The notes: a model not told the origin generated them from the sequence alone. 64,000 nucleotides of DNA from Eledone cirrhosa (GCA_964016885.1 OZ024746.1:94798001-94862000); one strand, 5' to 3'. Positions 25,711 to 40,346 are shown, numbered from the stretch's first letter. Numbers and translations are program-made.

Positions 25711-25898
25711 CGAAGGAAATGTGGTAAGGAACCAGGTGGACCATAACGCACCAAAGTACTCAATACTTAGGGTAGTAGAGTGGGTAATAGGAACGAGTAG
25801 GACCCCGACGGCTGAGCACAAGTCGTTTCGACGGCTAATTCTAGTCCAGAATTAGCCGTCGAAACGGCTTGAGCTCAGCCGTCGGGGTCCTACTCGAT

Positions 25899-25900
<2 letters not shown>
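25709..25900 (-). mobile_element. fold-back (TA)n element with the 3' half of a hammerhead
   Basis: ~110-bp palindrome plus tail; family also at 26491, 58294, 62135, 63378. Confidence 0.8.
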
Positions 25901-25954
<54 letters not shown>

Positions 25955-26207
25955 GGCCCGATATATATATATACATACATACATATTTATAAAAGAAGTA
26001 TAGTCACCAACGTGGTTGAATAAGCTTCTTAAATAACGTGTATAAAGTACGTTCTAAAAAATCACTTGTTCACAATCCATACAAAAGCTATCTCTCATAC
26101 AATGCCGTGTGCTGTGATAAACAAAGGGAAGCAGCTTCACATTAGGGCTTACAGACGGTAACGACTCAATGGCTGACAAGCAGCAGGCACACACACACTG
26201 CACTATG

Positions 26208-26267
<60 letters not shown>

Positions 26268-26318
26268 CACTATGCTACACACACACACATAAACAGCACT
26301 ACGTCACACATAAAAACT

Positions 26319-26416
<98 letters not shown>

Positions 26417-26490
26417 CACAAACTCGCATATATATATATATGCGAGTTTGTGTATATACACACATATATGTATATATATATATATATATA

Positions 26491-26668
26491 GGAAAAAGTA
26501 TGACCCCGACGGCAGAGCTCAAGCCGTTTCGACGGCTATTTCTGGACTCAGAAATAGCCGTCGAAACGGCTTGAGCTCTGCCGTCGGCGTCATACTTTTT
26601 CCTATTTCCCACTCTACTACCCTAAGTATTGAGTACTCTGGTGCGTTATGGTCCATCTGGTTCCTTAC
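26491..26668 (+). mobile_element. fold-back (TA)n element with the 3' half of a hammerhead
   Basis: palindrome centred on GACT at 26545-26548; GAAA-cggc..gccg-TC. Confidence 0.8.
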
Positions 26669-26730
26669 ATGCATACATACACGCATACATATCTGCACAT
26701 ACACACACATGTGTATATATATGTATATGT

Positions 26731-26808
26731 AAAGGGTATCCCCCAAAAATATATACACACTTATTAGAAAGCTGTTGAAGTGTCTATACATTTTTTTGCG
26801 ACATCCTG
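26731..26808. mobile_element. ~80-bp Tc1/mariner-type MITE
   Basis: imperfect TIRs AAAGGGTATCCCCCAAAAATATATACACACTT / AAGTGTCTATACATTTTTTTGCGACATCCTG, flanked by TA. Confidence 0.6.
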
Positions 26809-26895
26809 TATATATATATATATGTGTGTGTGTGTGTGGATATATACATACATATATCATATTTACGCACATATATATATATTTTATATTTACAC

Positions 26896-27017
<122 letters not shown>

Positions 27018-27021
27018 TATA

Positions 27022-27089
<68 letters not shown>

Positions 27090-27131
27090 CTATTTATATA
27101 TACATATATATATATGTGTGTGTATATATAT

Positions 27132-27233
<102 letters not shown>

Positions 27234-27490
27234 AACACATAAACACACATTAACACATACACACATATATGTACACTTTGCTAGAAAACAAAATAAATTA
27301 TATATAAAACTAACAAACATTAGACAGGTAAAACAATTCAGCGAAGCCTCACTCTTGCACCTGCTCTCGAGCCTTTCCAGGTGAAAACTTTTCTTCTCTG
27401 ACCTTTAAATACATAAAACAAGGCGCCCACCTGCCCATTTGATATGTTGAATTAGAGCTAGGTTAGTAAAGGTAGGTTGTAGGTAATATG

Positions 27491-27573
<83 letters not shown>

Positions 27574-27624
27574 CTCTATCTATCCATTTGTCTATCTGTA
27601 TATATATCTGTCTATCTATCTATA

Positions 27625-27970
27625 GCAAATTTTACGAAAGGTGGGTGAATGTGGCAAGAATGGCCCGAGTGGTTGGGCCCGAGTGATTGGGCCTTCTCTC
27701 TATATTAACCTGTAGGTTGAGGAAAAAGAGGAAGAGAGGAAGGGACCGCTCGATCTTCGTGCTCCTGGAGACGAGGGTTGTACATTTTTTCGGGGTGTGC
27801 ACAACCCCTGTCTAACGCCTACCCCCCCCCCCCCCCCATTGGGGATTTCAATTGTTATTTGTTATTTATTTATTAGTTCTATTTTTATACGCTTTATGTA
27901 AACTCCCCACTTTGTATTTGTATTTGTCCCCACCCCATCTTTTGTGCCCCTGTGGCAAATAAAGAAATCT
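27625..27970 (+). mobile_element. L1/Tx1-like LINE 3' end in (TCTA)n
   Basis: GAAAGGTGGGTGAATGTGGCAAGAATGG matches the 19782-20222 element; ends AAATAAAGAAATC(TATC)n. Confidence 0.55.
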
Positions 27971-28344
27971 ATCTATCTATCTATTTACGTACGTATGTAT
28001 GTGTGTGTACGTATGTAGATAAGTAGGTTGGTAGGTAGGTAGTTAGGTGGGTAGGTAAGTTGGCTGGTTGCTATGTGGGTACGTAGGTAAAATATTTGAT
28101 TGGTATGTGGGTAGATTGTTATGTAGGTAAGTGGGTTGGTAATTAGGTAGGTTGTTATATAAGAAGGTGGGTTGCTAGGTAGGTAGGTAGGTAAATAGAC
28201 AGATAGGTAGGTTAGATACACAGATAAGTAGATAGGTAGATAGGTATGTTTTGTAGATAAGTAACAAAAATAAAAGTAAAAATGAAATGTGCACTTTTAT
28301 GTGCAACTGCAAATATCTTCTTCTTCTTCTTCTTCTTATTATTA

Positions 28345-28477
28345 TTATTATTTTTATATTTTCATTGTTAAATTAGTCTTGCCATTGTGCACTTTTACTC
28401 GACCTTATTGTAAACCCCCACTGTCCCTGTCTTTGTATTGTCCCCTACATGTCGGCCCTTGTGGCTAATGAATGAAA

Positions 28478-28480
<3 letters not shown>
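28345..28480 (+). mobile_element. L1/Tx1-like 3' UTR in (ATT)n
   Basis: near-identical reverse complement of 19782-19905. Confidence 0.65.
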
Positions 28481-28525
<45 letters not shown>

Positions 28526-28629
28526 GTCGTCGTCGTCGTCGTCGTCTTATTCTTGTTTTTCTTCTTCTTCTTCTTCTTCTTCTTCTTCTTCTTCTTCTTC
28601 TTCTTCTTCTTCTTCTTCTTCTTCTTTGT

Positions 28630-29940
28630 TTTCTTCTTCTTCACCCACATATTCCTAAGAAGGTCGTGGGGGAAGACTCCTAAAACACTCCTTCCAGCGG
28701 ATCCTGTCAGAAGCAACCATTTCTGGCTGGATCCCCAAAGCAAGACCAGCCAAGCTCATGGATGTTATCCAACCATCTTGCTTGGGGTCTATCCCTGGGT
28801 CTCCTGCTGGCTGGTTTTGCCCGTAAAATCTGTCCAGCGATTCTTTTCTTAGACATTCTAACCACATGTCCATAGTATCAGAGCTGTGATCTCTCAGTTC
28901 GGAGAAGTAGCGGCTCTATCTGGAGTGACTCTGATCTCCAAGCTACGCACTCTATCATGTAACGTTACTCCAAAGACCTTCGGAGGAACCCATTTTGGCC
29001 GCTTGTATTCCTGATCTTATTCTTTCAGTCATTACCCAAGATTCATGACCATAGGTAAGGGTTGGCATGAATACCAAATTGAGGATAGCAAGTTTGGCTT
29101 TTACACCTACCCCCCTTCTTCTGATTACTGAATGCTGAAGCTGGCGCATTACTACACCAGCTCCTGAAATTCTTACACATAATTCATCACTCAGCCTTCC
29201 ATCACTCGTAAACATGGTCCCGAGATACTTTTCAACTTGCTTCAGTGGAACTCCATTCACATGTAGAGTGCACTGCACAGGATTCCCCGAGGGGACGAGC
29301 GCCTCAATTTTCGCAGCACTGATTTCTATTCCAACCATGCAACACTCGGCATCAAATCTATTGAGTGCAAGTCGGAAGTCATCTTCTGTGAGTTAAATAG
29401 CACCCTGTCGTCTGTAAATTCCAGCCGACTGATTTTATATCTGCTAGTCGTGGTAACACTTTCAGCCCAGGCTACGGATGTCCATCCTTTTCATGAAAAT
29501 AATGAACAGGAGAGGTGACAGTACCCACCCTTGGCGGAGTCTGTCTCCCACATTGAATGGTTTCGATTTAGCACCATTTATCCGAACACAAATACTCGGG
29601 CATTCCTACAGAGACATTAGGGCAACAAGAAGCTGACCATCAATCCCATATTCCTGCAGAATTTTCTACAGCAGATCGCGAAGAACGAGGTCATACGCCT
29701 TTTCGAGGTCTACAAAACAAGAATATACGTCTTGGCAATACTCCCACGAATTCTCGAAGACCCGCCACAGTGTGAATATTTGGCCGGTTGTGTTGCTGCC
29801 GAGGCGAAAACTGCACTGTTCATCAGCTAGCTTGGACGCAACAATCTCTCTACACCTCTTTGCCAGACACTAAGCATATACTTTACCGGGGAGGGTTAAC
29901 AAGGAGATTTCCACCAGTTACAATGCTAATCTGTACGACA
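28630..29940 (-). mobile_element. RTE-clade LINE fragment (RT to 3' end, (GAA)n tail)
   Basis: VEKYLGTMFTSDG..PTLTYGHESWVMT; FVDLEKAYD and RQGWVLSPLLF-like motifs; 3' end shared with 37660-37925 and 42170-42465. Confidence 0.85.
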
Positions 29941-30394
29941 GCCGATAAGCTGCCATTTATTTTTCATCCGAACAAATTTGCATATGATAGTAAGTGGAAT
30001 ATGTGAATGAGTACAAAATGTAGTGACACAAATTTTCCGTTTCAAATATTCTTTAAAAATCCATATAAACACACTTGCATACATACACGAGGAATAGATT
30101 ATCAAGTTTTAGGTAAATATTAGTCACACATATTCTGCCGCAGATCATAGAAAAGTTGTTTGCGAGTCGCGTGCTTGAAACCCCTGCTTTATATTAACAA
30201 CAATGTATGTATGGTCCCGTAACTACCAAGGGAGTCATAGGAACGCCGTATTAAGATACGGCTTTTCTAGGGCATTTTAAAACCTGGCGGAGCACATCTC
30301 CTCTCCAGGTCTGAATACAGCAGATTTCTTTTAGAGAAGAATAGAGAGAGAGTGAGAGAAATGTAGTGAGAAAGAGATATAGAGGAAGAATCAA

Positions 30395-30545
30395 CCTCAG
30401 TACTTGACTGGTACTTTTTATCAACTTTGAATGGGTGAAAGGCAAAGTTAAACTCGGCAGGATTTGAACTCATATAGCAGAAAACCGAAACAAATACCGC
30501 AAAGCATTCTATCAGACATTCTAACGATTCTGTCAATTCACCGCC
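30395..30545 (-). mobile_element. SINE family 1 variant
   Basis: GAAAGGCAAAGTTAAACTCGGCAGGATTTGAACTC. Confidence 0.7.
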
Positions 30546-30579
30546 TACATCAAACAACAATAGATAAGTCTCTCTCCGA

Positions 30580-30830
30580 CAGGTTTGCCCTTGGCTGAGG
30601 AAACTTCTGGTGTCTTTGGCCCTAGGGCTACCTCCCTACTCACCACCATAGGCGGTGAGCTGGCCAGCCGCAGGTGTGAGCCTCGCGAGATGGAATGGCT
30701 CTTCCACCGCATCCCCCTTACCATCCTCCGGGGACACGCCTTCTCCATTCTGTCCGCGGGGGGGGGGGGGGAGCAGTCAGCACTTGGGACCCCATTTGCT
30801 CTCCATAGAGAGAGATGGGGAGGGCGAGAA
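30580..30830 (+). mobile_element. CRE-like LINE C-terminal/3' fragment
   Basis: PLAEETSGVFGP..EPREMEWLFHRIPLTILRGHAFSIL matches the CRE-clade RLE tail pattern (ETxG..RGNA). Confidence 0.6.
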
Positions 30831-31379
30831 AGATGAAATCGATGACAGTGGGAGTTCGGACCATATCCTTGTGGTTGTGTTGAAGAATAATTCTACTTCT
30901 ACACAACCAAAAGGTTCAAACGATGTCAATCGCCGTTTGATACATACGTTGTCTTACATGCATTGATGGTATCATTCTGATACATCTCCATAATCTATTG
31001 TATATGAGAGCAATATAAATACCTCACGATAGATAATTACTCGAAATTAGATGTCAAAATAATTCTGATTTAACCGGTGCCATCATAGATAATTCCTAAA
31101 TGTTCATATTGAATATTGACCGAAGTAGATTCTTCGACTTCTTCGTAATATCCAGTTAAACAAAGATTAAAAACATGATGAATTCTGGTGTGCCACCTTA
31201 AATAAAATGGAAACAAACGATTGCTTCACCTGCAAAAAATAACAGCCAAATATTTTGTTAATGGACACGTTGAAGATACAAGATGCCACAGGGAAGATAT
31301 GGCGGAATGGATCCAAAGCTGGAATCTGGAATACATTTGATCATAGGTGCGCTTGATCAGGATTGACTTAGGGTTAAAT

Positions 31380-31967
31380 AACGACGACGACAACAGCAAC
31401 AACGACGACGACAACAACAACGACGACGACAACGATAACAGCAACTGCAGCAACAACAACAACAACAACAACAACAACGAGGACGAGGACGAGGATAACG
31501 ACAACGAAAACAAAAGCAACAACAGCAGCAACAAGAACAATGACCACGGTAACAACAACACAAAAACAACAGCAATGACGAAAACAACAACAACAACCGA
31601 AACAACAACCACAACAACAACAACAACAACAACCGAAACAACAACCACAACAACAACAACAACAACAGTAACAACAGCAGCAACAACAACAACAACAAAG
31701 ACAACGACCATGGCAACGGCAACAGCAGCAACAACAGCAGTAACAACAACCACAAAGACAACGACCATGGCAACAACAACAACAACAACAACAACAGCAG
31801 CAGTAACAACAACCACAAAGACAACGACCATGGCAACAACAACAACAACAACAGCAGCAGTAACAACAACCACAAAGACAACGACCATGGCAACAACAAC
31901 AACAACAACAACAGCAGTAACAACAACCACAAAGACAACAACTATGGCAACAACAACAACAACAACA
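31380..31967. repeat. (AAC)n-derived array with a ~60-bp higher-order unit
   Basis: repeated CACAAAGACAACGACCATGGCAAC unit. Confidence 0.95.
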
Positions 31968-32559
31968 TAAAAAAATAAGAAACGAGAAGAGACCCAATAC
32001 GATGTTCCCACCTCTGATTAGAGATTATCGATTATATTGATAGTCAAATTAAATCACCATTCCTGACCCACCTCTTTTTATACATGTCATAGTAATCTCT
32101 GATATTTCCTAAAGAATTATTATTGAATTGGAAAAAAAATATCGATTAATCCATTTCAGAGTTTTTCTACTCTTGAGCTTTCTAGATGAAAGGCAGGCTT
32201 CTAGATTTTCAATTTTCTTCGATCCCATAAATATTTCAGCACCAATAAATTCGATCTGTAATCTAATATATAATCAAGTTTGAAATTCCACTAATAATTC
32301 TTCATTGAGACACTGTGGTGGCTGTGTGGTTAAGGTGTTCATTTCGCAAACACGTGGTTTTGTGTTCTGTCCAGCAGCAGTGTCCGCGTCTTTCTTCTAT
32401 TATAGCCTCGGGTTAATATATGGAAGGCCTTTAGGGTTGAGCTGGAGTCCTATATCCGATCATCAAATAAAGCGTTCTGGCAGAACATCCCCCGACTTTG
32501 TAATAAGACGCCCTCCTTCGCATCTGCTACAAGGAACGCGTCTTTGGTTCCCTTCTCTT

Positions 32560-33120
32560 CAGATGACTAACCTCTCGAAGGCTGAGGTCAAAACATCAAT
32601 TAAAGAGCTCAAATATGGCAAAGCCACCGGGGAGAACGCAATTCTGTCCGAGATGTTAAAAGCCTTAAATAGAGAAGGTACTCTCTGGTTGACTCGTATG
32701 TGCCGGGCGGCCTGGATCTCTGGAAAGGCACCTAAGCAATGGCAGTGAGGAGTGATATTCCAAATTTTCAAAAAAGGAGACAAGAGAAATTGCTTCAATT
32801 ATAGAGGGATCTCCTTGTTAAGCCGCCCCAGTAAAGTGTATGCTAAGCGTCTGGCAAGGAGATATAGGGATATTGTTGAGTCCAAGTTAGCTGACAAACA
32901 GTTGGTTCTCGCCCCATATGCAGCATAACCGACCAAATATTCACACAGTGGCAGGTCTTCGAGAAATCGTGGCAGTATTGCCAAGGGATGTATACCTGTT
33001 TCGTAGACCTCAAAAAGGTATATGACTGCGTTTCACGGGACCTCTTGTGGAAGGTTCTACAGGAGTATGGGATCGATGGACAGCTTCTTGTTGCCTTAAC
33101 GTCTCTATATGAATGCCCTA
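32560..33120 (+). mobile_element. RTE-clade LINE RT fragment
   Basis: EVKTSIKELKYGKATGEN..NYRGISLL..FVDLKKVYDCVSRDLLWKVL. Confidence 0.85.
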
Positions 33121-33601
33121 GAATAAACATGGAATATTCTATCTCATGGTCAGTAATTGAATCAGCGAGCCCATTCATTGTGGGAGGCAACGACTGTAAT
33201 TCCTATGATTCATATTTTAATGAACTGGGACTAATAAACAAGAAATGGGATGTTTTTAACAACTGCTATTATAAATTAACCAGAACTTCCTCGAGACTAC
33301 AAATATATAATATAAAAACTATATAGTAAATATATAATATATTTCAATTTTTCAATTGATAATTGTAAATTTATAAAACCTAAAATATTTACATATAGAT
33401 TAAATAATAATTAACGATTAATAAAAATTCGGCTTGAATTAAGATAGAGTTTAAATATTGAGTACTCAACAGAGTACTGGATACTAGGAGTAGTAGAGTA
33501 TGGTTATATGGTTATATGAAAGAATAGGGACCACGACGGCTGAGCTCTTGCCATTTCAACGGCTAGTTCCAGACTCAGACTCTTTCATACATATATATGT
33601 G

Positions 33602-33660
<59 letters not shown>

Positions 33661-33668
<8 letters not shown>

Positions 33669-35460
33669 ATACTTGGGGAGGGTCATATTTGTGTAATATT
33701 GCCAGAATTAATAACAGAACACGCTCACTGTTTGGTTAGTTTTCGCTTTTCGCTTCTGTGTCTTTTATATCGGTAATCTAATTTGTTCGGTCCTCAAGAG
33801 AGCACTAACAAGTTGGATTTAGAATGTAGCACAATGGAAAGCATCCAGCAGATAGCTAATTCCATACACCAGAGTATAACTGTAATTATCGACTACCCTT
33901 CCAAACACCCTAACAATAGACTACCTGTATTAGACACGGAACTCTGGATTAACACTATAGACGAGAGAGCCCAAATTCTCCACTCACACTATGCTAAACC
34001 CATGGCCTCCAAATACCTGATACTCAAAAACTCAGCAATGTCCAGTAGTGCTAAGTTTAATATTCTGATCGCAGACTTGGTACGAGTGATGAAGAACGTG
34101 TCCCGCATGTGCGACCCAACAGAAATGGAAAGACACATCCAACACTTCATCAACCGCATGCAGTTCACTGGCTACAACCAAAGAGACAGAGTCAGAGTAT
34201 ACGAAGGAGCCACGGAGAAGTATAAGACCCTCATAGAACTGGACATGAAAGGCATTTGCCCATTATACAGGAGCAAATCATGGAATAGATTAGATAGGGC
34301 TAGACATAAGTAGGGAAAGCCACCTCATGGTACGACAACCAGAGATACCAGAGTGTCATGTTTGTGGACGCTACCCCTGAACGGAAATTAGCTAACCAGT
34401 GTAGAAAGGCCCTGAGAAAGACCCACTTGAAGATTAAGGTGGTAGAAAAGCCAGGAACCACCATAAAATCCCTGATCAGCAAAACCTACCCTTTTAAGAA
34501 AACCCACTGTACTAATAGGAAATGTATCATATGTAAGGTAAACCCCCGGATAAACTGTAAAACTAGAAACATAGTCTATGGCATAAGATGTACAGAGGGT
34601 ACTTGCAGAAACATGACAACAACATACATAGGCGAGACAGCTCGTAGCATAGGTGAAAGGATAGACCAACACTGGGGGAACTAAAAGGACGAAAAAACGG
34701 TTCAGTACTATACGCACATGCCAGACAACAACACGACGGTAACATAAACAACATAGAAATTAGAATAATATCTAAACATAGAAATGACCCAGCAGATAGG
34801 CAAATCAGAGAGGCTAGTGAAATAGAACTTAGAAGGCCAAGGCTAAACTGAAAGAATGAATGGAATAACAACACCCAAACAAACAACACTGACCTAAGAG
34901 AAGTATAAATAAATAAATAGATAAATAAATAAATACATACACAAGCACAATAACAACAAACACATATAAACACACACTAGTAAAGATAGAATACATTAAC
35001 CAATACACAGTCACCCAATCACGAACACACATCAAATAAAACACTATACACAAACGCATGCGCAAAGAAGACAAAATAAAATAAACAAATAAATAAATAT
35101 ATAAACAGACTAAATAAAGATGGCGTAGAATGCAACGGGAGGAAACAATAGCGCCACTGACGATGTTGCAGATGTGCAACGAAAGAACTTTGATAAACTA
35201 TATATATGTGTTTGTGTCTATATTGTATCTGTATTATTTTTTACCGTTGGTCAGTCAATGGCAACATTGAGGACCGAATAAATTAGATTACCGATATAAA
35301 AGACACATAAGCGAAATGCGAAAACCAACCAAACAGTGAGTGTGTTCTGTTATTAATTCTGGCAATATTACACAAATATGACCCTCCCCAAGTATAACAA
35401 TATTTGTTTCGACACACGATTTCATATCAAAAACCTCGCAACACTAATTCATCGCCGTTA
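33661..35460 (+). mobile_element. 5'-truncated Penelope-like element (second family) with inverted 5' arm
   Basis: LPVLDTELW..YAKPMAS..SAM (RT thumb region); C..C..C..IVYGIRC..YIGETARSIGERIDQH (GIY-YIG), with stops; 33661-33797 is the inverse of 35267-35403; (TA)n on both sides; partial HHR CTGACGA-gttgca/tgcaac-GAAA at 35157-35184. Confidence 0.85.
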
Positions 35461-36671
35461 TATATATATATAATTTGTTTCTGAATTTGTTTTGCAAGAT
35501 TTCATATCTGAAAACGTGTGTTGAAACAGATATTGTTATACTTTAGGAGGGTCATGTTGCCAATAAAAGCGCACGAGAATCGAACTCACAACCTTTCGAT
35601 TGCAAGCCTAATGCTCTAACCCCCAAGTCAATTATTGAACTATATTTATTAGTTAGCAATAAGACTCTAAATTGACAAAGGTTAGACTATAATGGTAATA
35701 AACTATATACTAAAGCAGAGATTCTCAAACTTTTTGGGTCACCCCTCTCCTCACGGTCACGTAATACCCTCAACGCCCCAATCCTATTTCCAGAGAGACC
35801 TGCCTACACGTAAATTGTAAATAAAATCGTTAATTTATATATGATAGATAAATAATATAATGTATACTATGTATAAATGTATATTATATATTTCTTATTT
35901 CACTATATTTATATATAATATATATCATTTGATATTTAATACACTGTTATATCATCTCAACCTGACTTCTATTTTCACTCGATATTATCGATAACATTCA
36001 ATATAAGGAGTCTTTTTATTTTTAATTCTGTCATTTAATACTTGTACATTATATAATCCTTAAGCTTGATATCAGTAGCCAACTCCTCGTTCATGAACAA
36101 TTACAAAAATCCTTGTATGGAACTGTGTGCTTCACAATTCCGGCGGTGCGGTATTTGGGTGGTGTGCGCATGCGCACATGTCACCGGAAAAAAGCTGAAC
36201 GCTGATTTGAGAGTGTACTGTCGCTCATGCAGTGTGGGCCATGTTGTCCAAGTGTAAGGTAGTGTTTTTATTTTTGACTCAGTGTGCTTAAAAACCGTGT
36301 ACCATATTCTTGAATGTCTTAAACTGTAGATGACTATCATCCTTCCAGCTATTCTATTTCATTCATAGTTATATTTCTCGTTTGTTTTATTGTATAGAAT
36401 ATTTAAATAATTTAACCCTGACCTCCTTGCATCCCCAAGAAATAAGTTCTGTGACGGTAAATGAGCTCGTTTAGGATTTTATCAAATTTATGTATAAATT
36501 TTCATATTTTGTTTGTTTCGTTTTACACAATATTAAAACAATGGCTAACATTTTCTGAAGCAGCACCCCAACTAATTTCAGCCACGAGCCGCCATTGGAT
36601 ATGACTATGGTATTTTTAGAGACGAATAGAAAACATCAACTAACATTGTAACATCGTTTGTAATGTCAATA

Positions 36672-37097
36672 ATTGTTCCTACTTTTGGCACAAGGTCAGC
36701 AAATTAAAGGGAAGGGGAAAGTCGATTACATCGACACCAGTACATTACTGGTGTCGATTTAATTTATCGATCCCGTAAGGATGAAAGGCAAAGTTAACCT
36801 CGGCGCGATTTGAACTCAGACCATAAAGGGCCGTAACTCTTTGGTGCAAAGCATGGCGTCAGACCCTCTACCGATACTGCTAATCCACCGCCCTCAACAA
36901 TAATAATAATAATTGTTTCTACTTTTGGCACAAGGCCAGCAATTACCCAGTGTATTACTGGTACTTTATTTTATCGACCCCGTAAGGATGAAAGGCAAAG
37001 TTAACCTCGGCGGGATTTGAACTCAGAATGGTAAGGGCCGTAACTCTATACGTCAAAGCATGGCGTGCGACCCTCTACCGATACTGCCAATCCACCA
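36672..37097 (-). mobile_element. two tandem full-length SINE family 1 copies
   Basis: 36672-36894 and 36913-37097, separated by (AAT)n. Confidence 0.87.
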
Positions 37098-37659
37098 ATT
37101 ATAATAATAATAATGTTTTCTTATATAGACACAAGGCCAGCGGGGGTGGGGTTGGACATTTGCTTAAATTCTTATAAGGGAGGAGGGGGGGGGGGGTAAA
37201 TGAGATCGGTAATTGTATCGGCAAGTGTACGTTCGTAAATATGGGATTTCTTGTAATGTTCTTTTTTGGTCATATATAATGTTTTTCTTTTTCAATGTAA
37301 AATAAAATAATTATTAGATTGTCCAGCTGCTGTATTAATATGAATCATTTACAATAAAATTTTGCCGGAGATAGATTAGCAAAATTTAACAAGCGGGGGT
37401 TTGGAATAAAAGTCAGTGTTGGGGCTGGAAAAATCCTGAAAAATGAATAAGCGTTGGGTGGTACGATTATTCAAGACCTGAGAGCAAAAGTTAGACTCGT
37501 GATCACTTGGTGTTGTTTGTCTACGCATTGCAAAAACAATGTTCAAAGACTAAGCAGTTTCATTTTTAAATCAGACATGGTCAACCTTTGTCGAGCACTC
37601 GCCGCATATGATGTGGCTCATCATAAGGTGGGCCACACTACTAAAATATTCAAGGCTTC

Positions 37660-37925
37660 TTCTTCTCTTCTTCTTCACCCACTTATTACTGAGGGGGTCC
37701 TTGGGGCAGTCTTCAATCACTACTTCCAACGGTTCCTGTCAGAAGCAACCGTTTCCAGCTGATCCATCTGAATCTCTTAGTGTGACCATCCAAGCTCATG
37801 GATGTTATCCACCCATCTTGCTCGGAGTCTACCCCTGGGTCTTCTGACGCTTGATTTTGCCCGTAAAATCTGTCCAGCGATTCTTTCCTGACACATTCTA
37901 ACCACATACCCAGAGTATTGGAGCA
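37660..37925 (-). mobile_element. RTE LINE 3' end
   Basis: matches 28640-28890. Confidence 0.75.
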
Positions 37926-38390
37926 TTCAAGGCAATTTTGAAATTAGGTGTGCCATGCAGAAAGCCAAACAGGCTGCATGCGGCTCACGTGCTGCACTTT
38001 GCCCATGATTACATTCCTGCAATGATACAAGAGGTCATAGTTTTAAACCTTAACTGCATATCTATTCTTTCTTTACAGCGTAAAATTAATTATATTGTGG
38101 TATTTGTTTCTTTTTTTGTGTGAGTGTCTTTGAAATCTTGATGGCTATTTTTTGTCGTTTCTTCAGCAAGATGGGCAACATCTATGACTCTTTATGACGC
38201 AGGGCTTCCGAAACTGCTGGGGGAGAAAGAATAACGTGTCCACTTATGGGAGACTTAGCACAACTACTTAGAACAAAGATAACTATGCTAAAAACATCCA
38301 TGGCTAGGTAGGTGTGTTTAATCGGGTGACAGAGAACGATTTACACGCGGACAAATCACGGTGGAAATTGAACATAGAACCCAAAGAGCT

Positions 38391-38693
38391 AGGGTTGGAT
38401 TTAGACCTTGGGGGCCCTGGGAGTTTCAGGTTTGGGAGGGCCTCTCATACACAAAATTTTGAATACACAGCACCCGCCTCATCCCCAGTTTTACATATCT
38501 AAGTTATGTTGGCGCAGGTAATTGGAATTGAAAAGTTATACAGGTATTAAATTCAAAAATTCTAAGCATCCCAAAACTAAAAGCTCCAGCTGAGGGCACA
38601 AATAAATTGCTAAGGCCACGTTGGTGCCCCCAGCCCCACCCTGCAGGGGACCTGGGGCAATTGCTTCCTTTGACCCCTATTAAATCCGGTCCT
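38391..38693. mobile_element. PIF/Harbinger-like MITE
   Basis: imperfect TIRs AGGGTTGGATTTA / TAAATCCGGTCCT; right half also present at ~7600-7775. Confidence 0.55.
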
Positions 38694-38754
38694 GCAAAGA
38701 GCCGGAACAAATAACACAATGCACCCTAACCAACACCATAACGATTGCACCAGT

Positions 38755-38907
38755 CCACTGCTCTGGACTGCTACTTTTTTATCGACTCCAGAATTATGAA
38801 AATCAAAGTAGTCATCTGTATGATTTGAACTCAAAAGGTAAGGAGCCAAAATAAATATAGCAAAGGATTTTGTCCGTCGTTCTAACGTTTCTACCAATTC
38901 ACCGCCT
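38755..38907 (-). mobile_element. SINE family 1, older variant
   Basis: TTTATCGAC..GATTTGAACTC..CAATTCACCGCC. Confidence 0.6.
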
Positions 38908-40114
38908 ATTTCGATATGGGTGCAGAGCACACCACTCTACTGCACTTGTTTGAATAGATTATATTACAAGACAATATGTTGAGATTGAGTTAAGCTTTCA
39001 ATATAGTAGAATGGGAGCGATCAAGTAGTGGGGTGCTGATGTCAACAATTTAGGGAACGGCGAAGAACATTAATGGGGCTCTTTTTGTTGTTGTTTATTT
39101 TTACCGGAATTTACAGTAAACAGGAATTAGAAGTGAAACTATTTAAGTCTCATGTTCGACATATTTAGACTGCACCCAGATTGGTTGAAGATAAAAACCG
39201 TTATTTTTATAATAAGATTCCGGGTTTGGGTGAAGCTAAAACTTCTCATCTACTCCATCCCAACAATGTGAGAATTGTTTGTGAGAATTTCTTTATTTTT
39301 CTTTATCTCGCATCATCATGAGCGACTTCTCCCGTTTAGGACAACTGGTTGGCCAGTACTCAAGAATGCTGTTGATCTAACCGGTATTTCAAGGAAGAAC
39401 CTTAAATAATTGTCTGTAAAGAAGGGCGGGTGAGAAAATCTTAAAGAAAATGCAAGAAAAAAGAAAACAGGTACTTCCGCTTTCTTCTTACAATGGAATG
39501 GATCTTCGTTGGTTCAGAAGATGAATGTTTGAGTTGTTCGATCAACAGAGCAGCCTGCTCGTGAAATTAACTTGTAAGTAGCTGAGCGTTCCATAGATAC
39601 ATGCACCCTTAACGTATTAATTCTAAGGGAGATTCTGCATGACACAGTGTGTGAGAAAGCTAGCCCTTGAATTACTGATACTGTCTATCCGACCTCTTCT
39701 GTCCACTGGGGCCGCGGGGCGGCAAGCACATAGAACCCATTTGCTTGTAATAGTGAGAGATGGAGAGAGCGAGGGAGACGGACGTAGTGACCAAACCAGC
39801 TTGCTGAAGTATTTTGTAGAGTTAAAGGTTAAGTGATTTTACGATAAATACTTATTTATTACATATATATACATACATATACCGTCTCCATTTTATTCTA
39901 CAGAGCCTTTTGACCATCACATTTTAAGGGTATCTAAGAGAGCGTTAAAATAGTTATATAAACCTATGGGACGGAGTCCATCTGAGAGGTTTCCAAACAA
40001 GTTCCGTCCACCCAGTTTCATTCACAAGGCTTCTGTCAATATATCATTTCACATACATCCTTATGAGAACATCTTATACAAGATTTCTTTTCAACATAAT
40101 CCTAACTTTATTGA

Positions 40115-40213
40115 AAATTAGGATTGGTGCTCTGAAATAGCGATGTATACACGAATGTATGACTATACATACATTCATGTATACATCACTATTTCAGAGC
40201 ACCAATCCTAATT

Positions 40214-40214
<1 letters not shown>
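40115..40214. repeat. hairpin element next to (TA)n
   Basis: AAATTAGGATTGGTGCTCTGAAATAG..CTATTTCAGAGCACCAATCCTAATTT; same arms at 59173-59238. Confidence 0.75.
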
Positions 40215-40272
<58 letters not shown>

Positions 40273-40346
40273 TAAATGTATATGTATATATGTATATATA
40301 TATGTATATGTATATATATATGTATATATATGTATATGTATATGTA

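Noticed and set aside
31226-32011. Mucin-like Thr-rich and Cys-rich ORFs (similarly 47994-48914 and 56768-57253)
   Set aside because: simple-repeat artefacts with no splice or domain evidence
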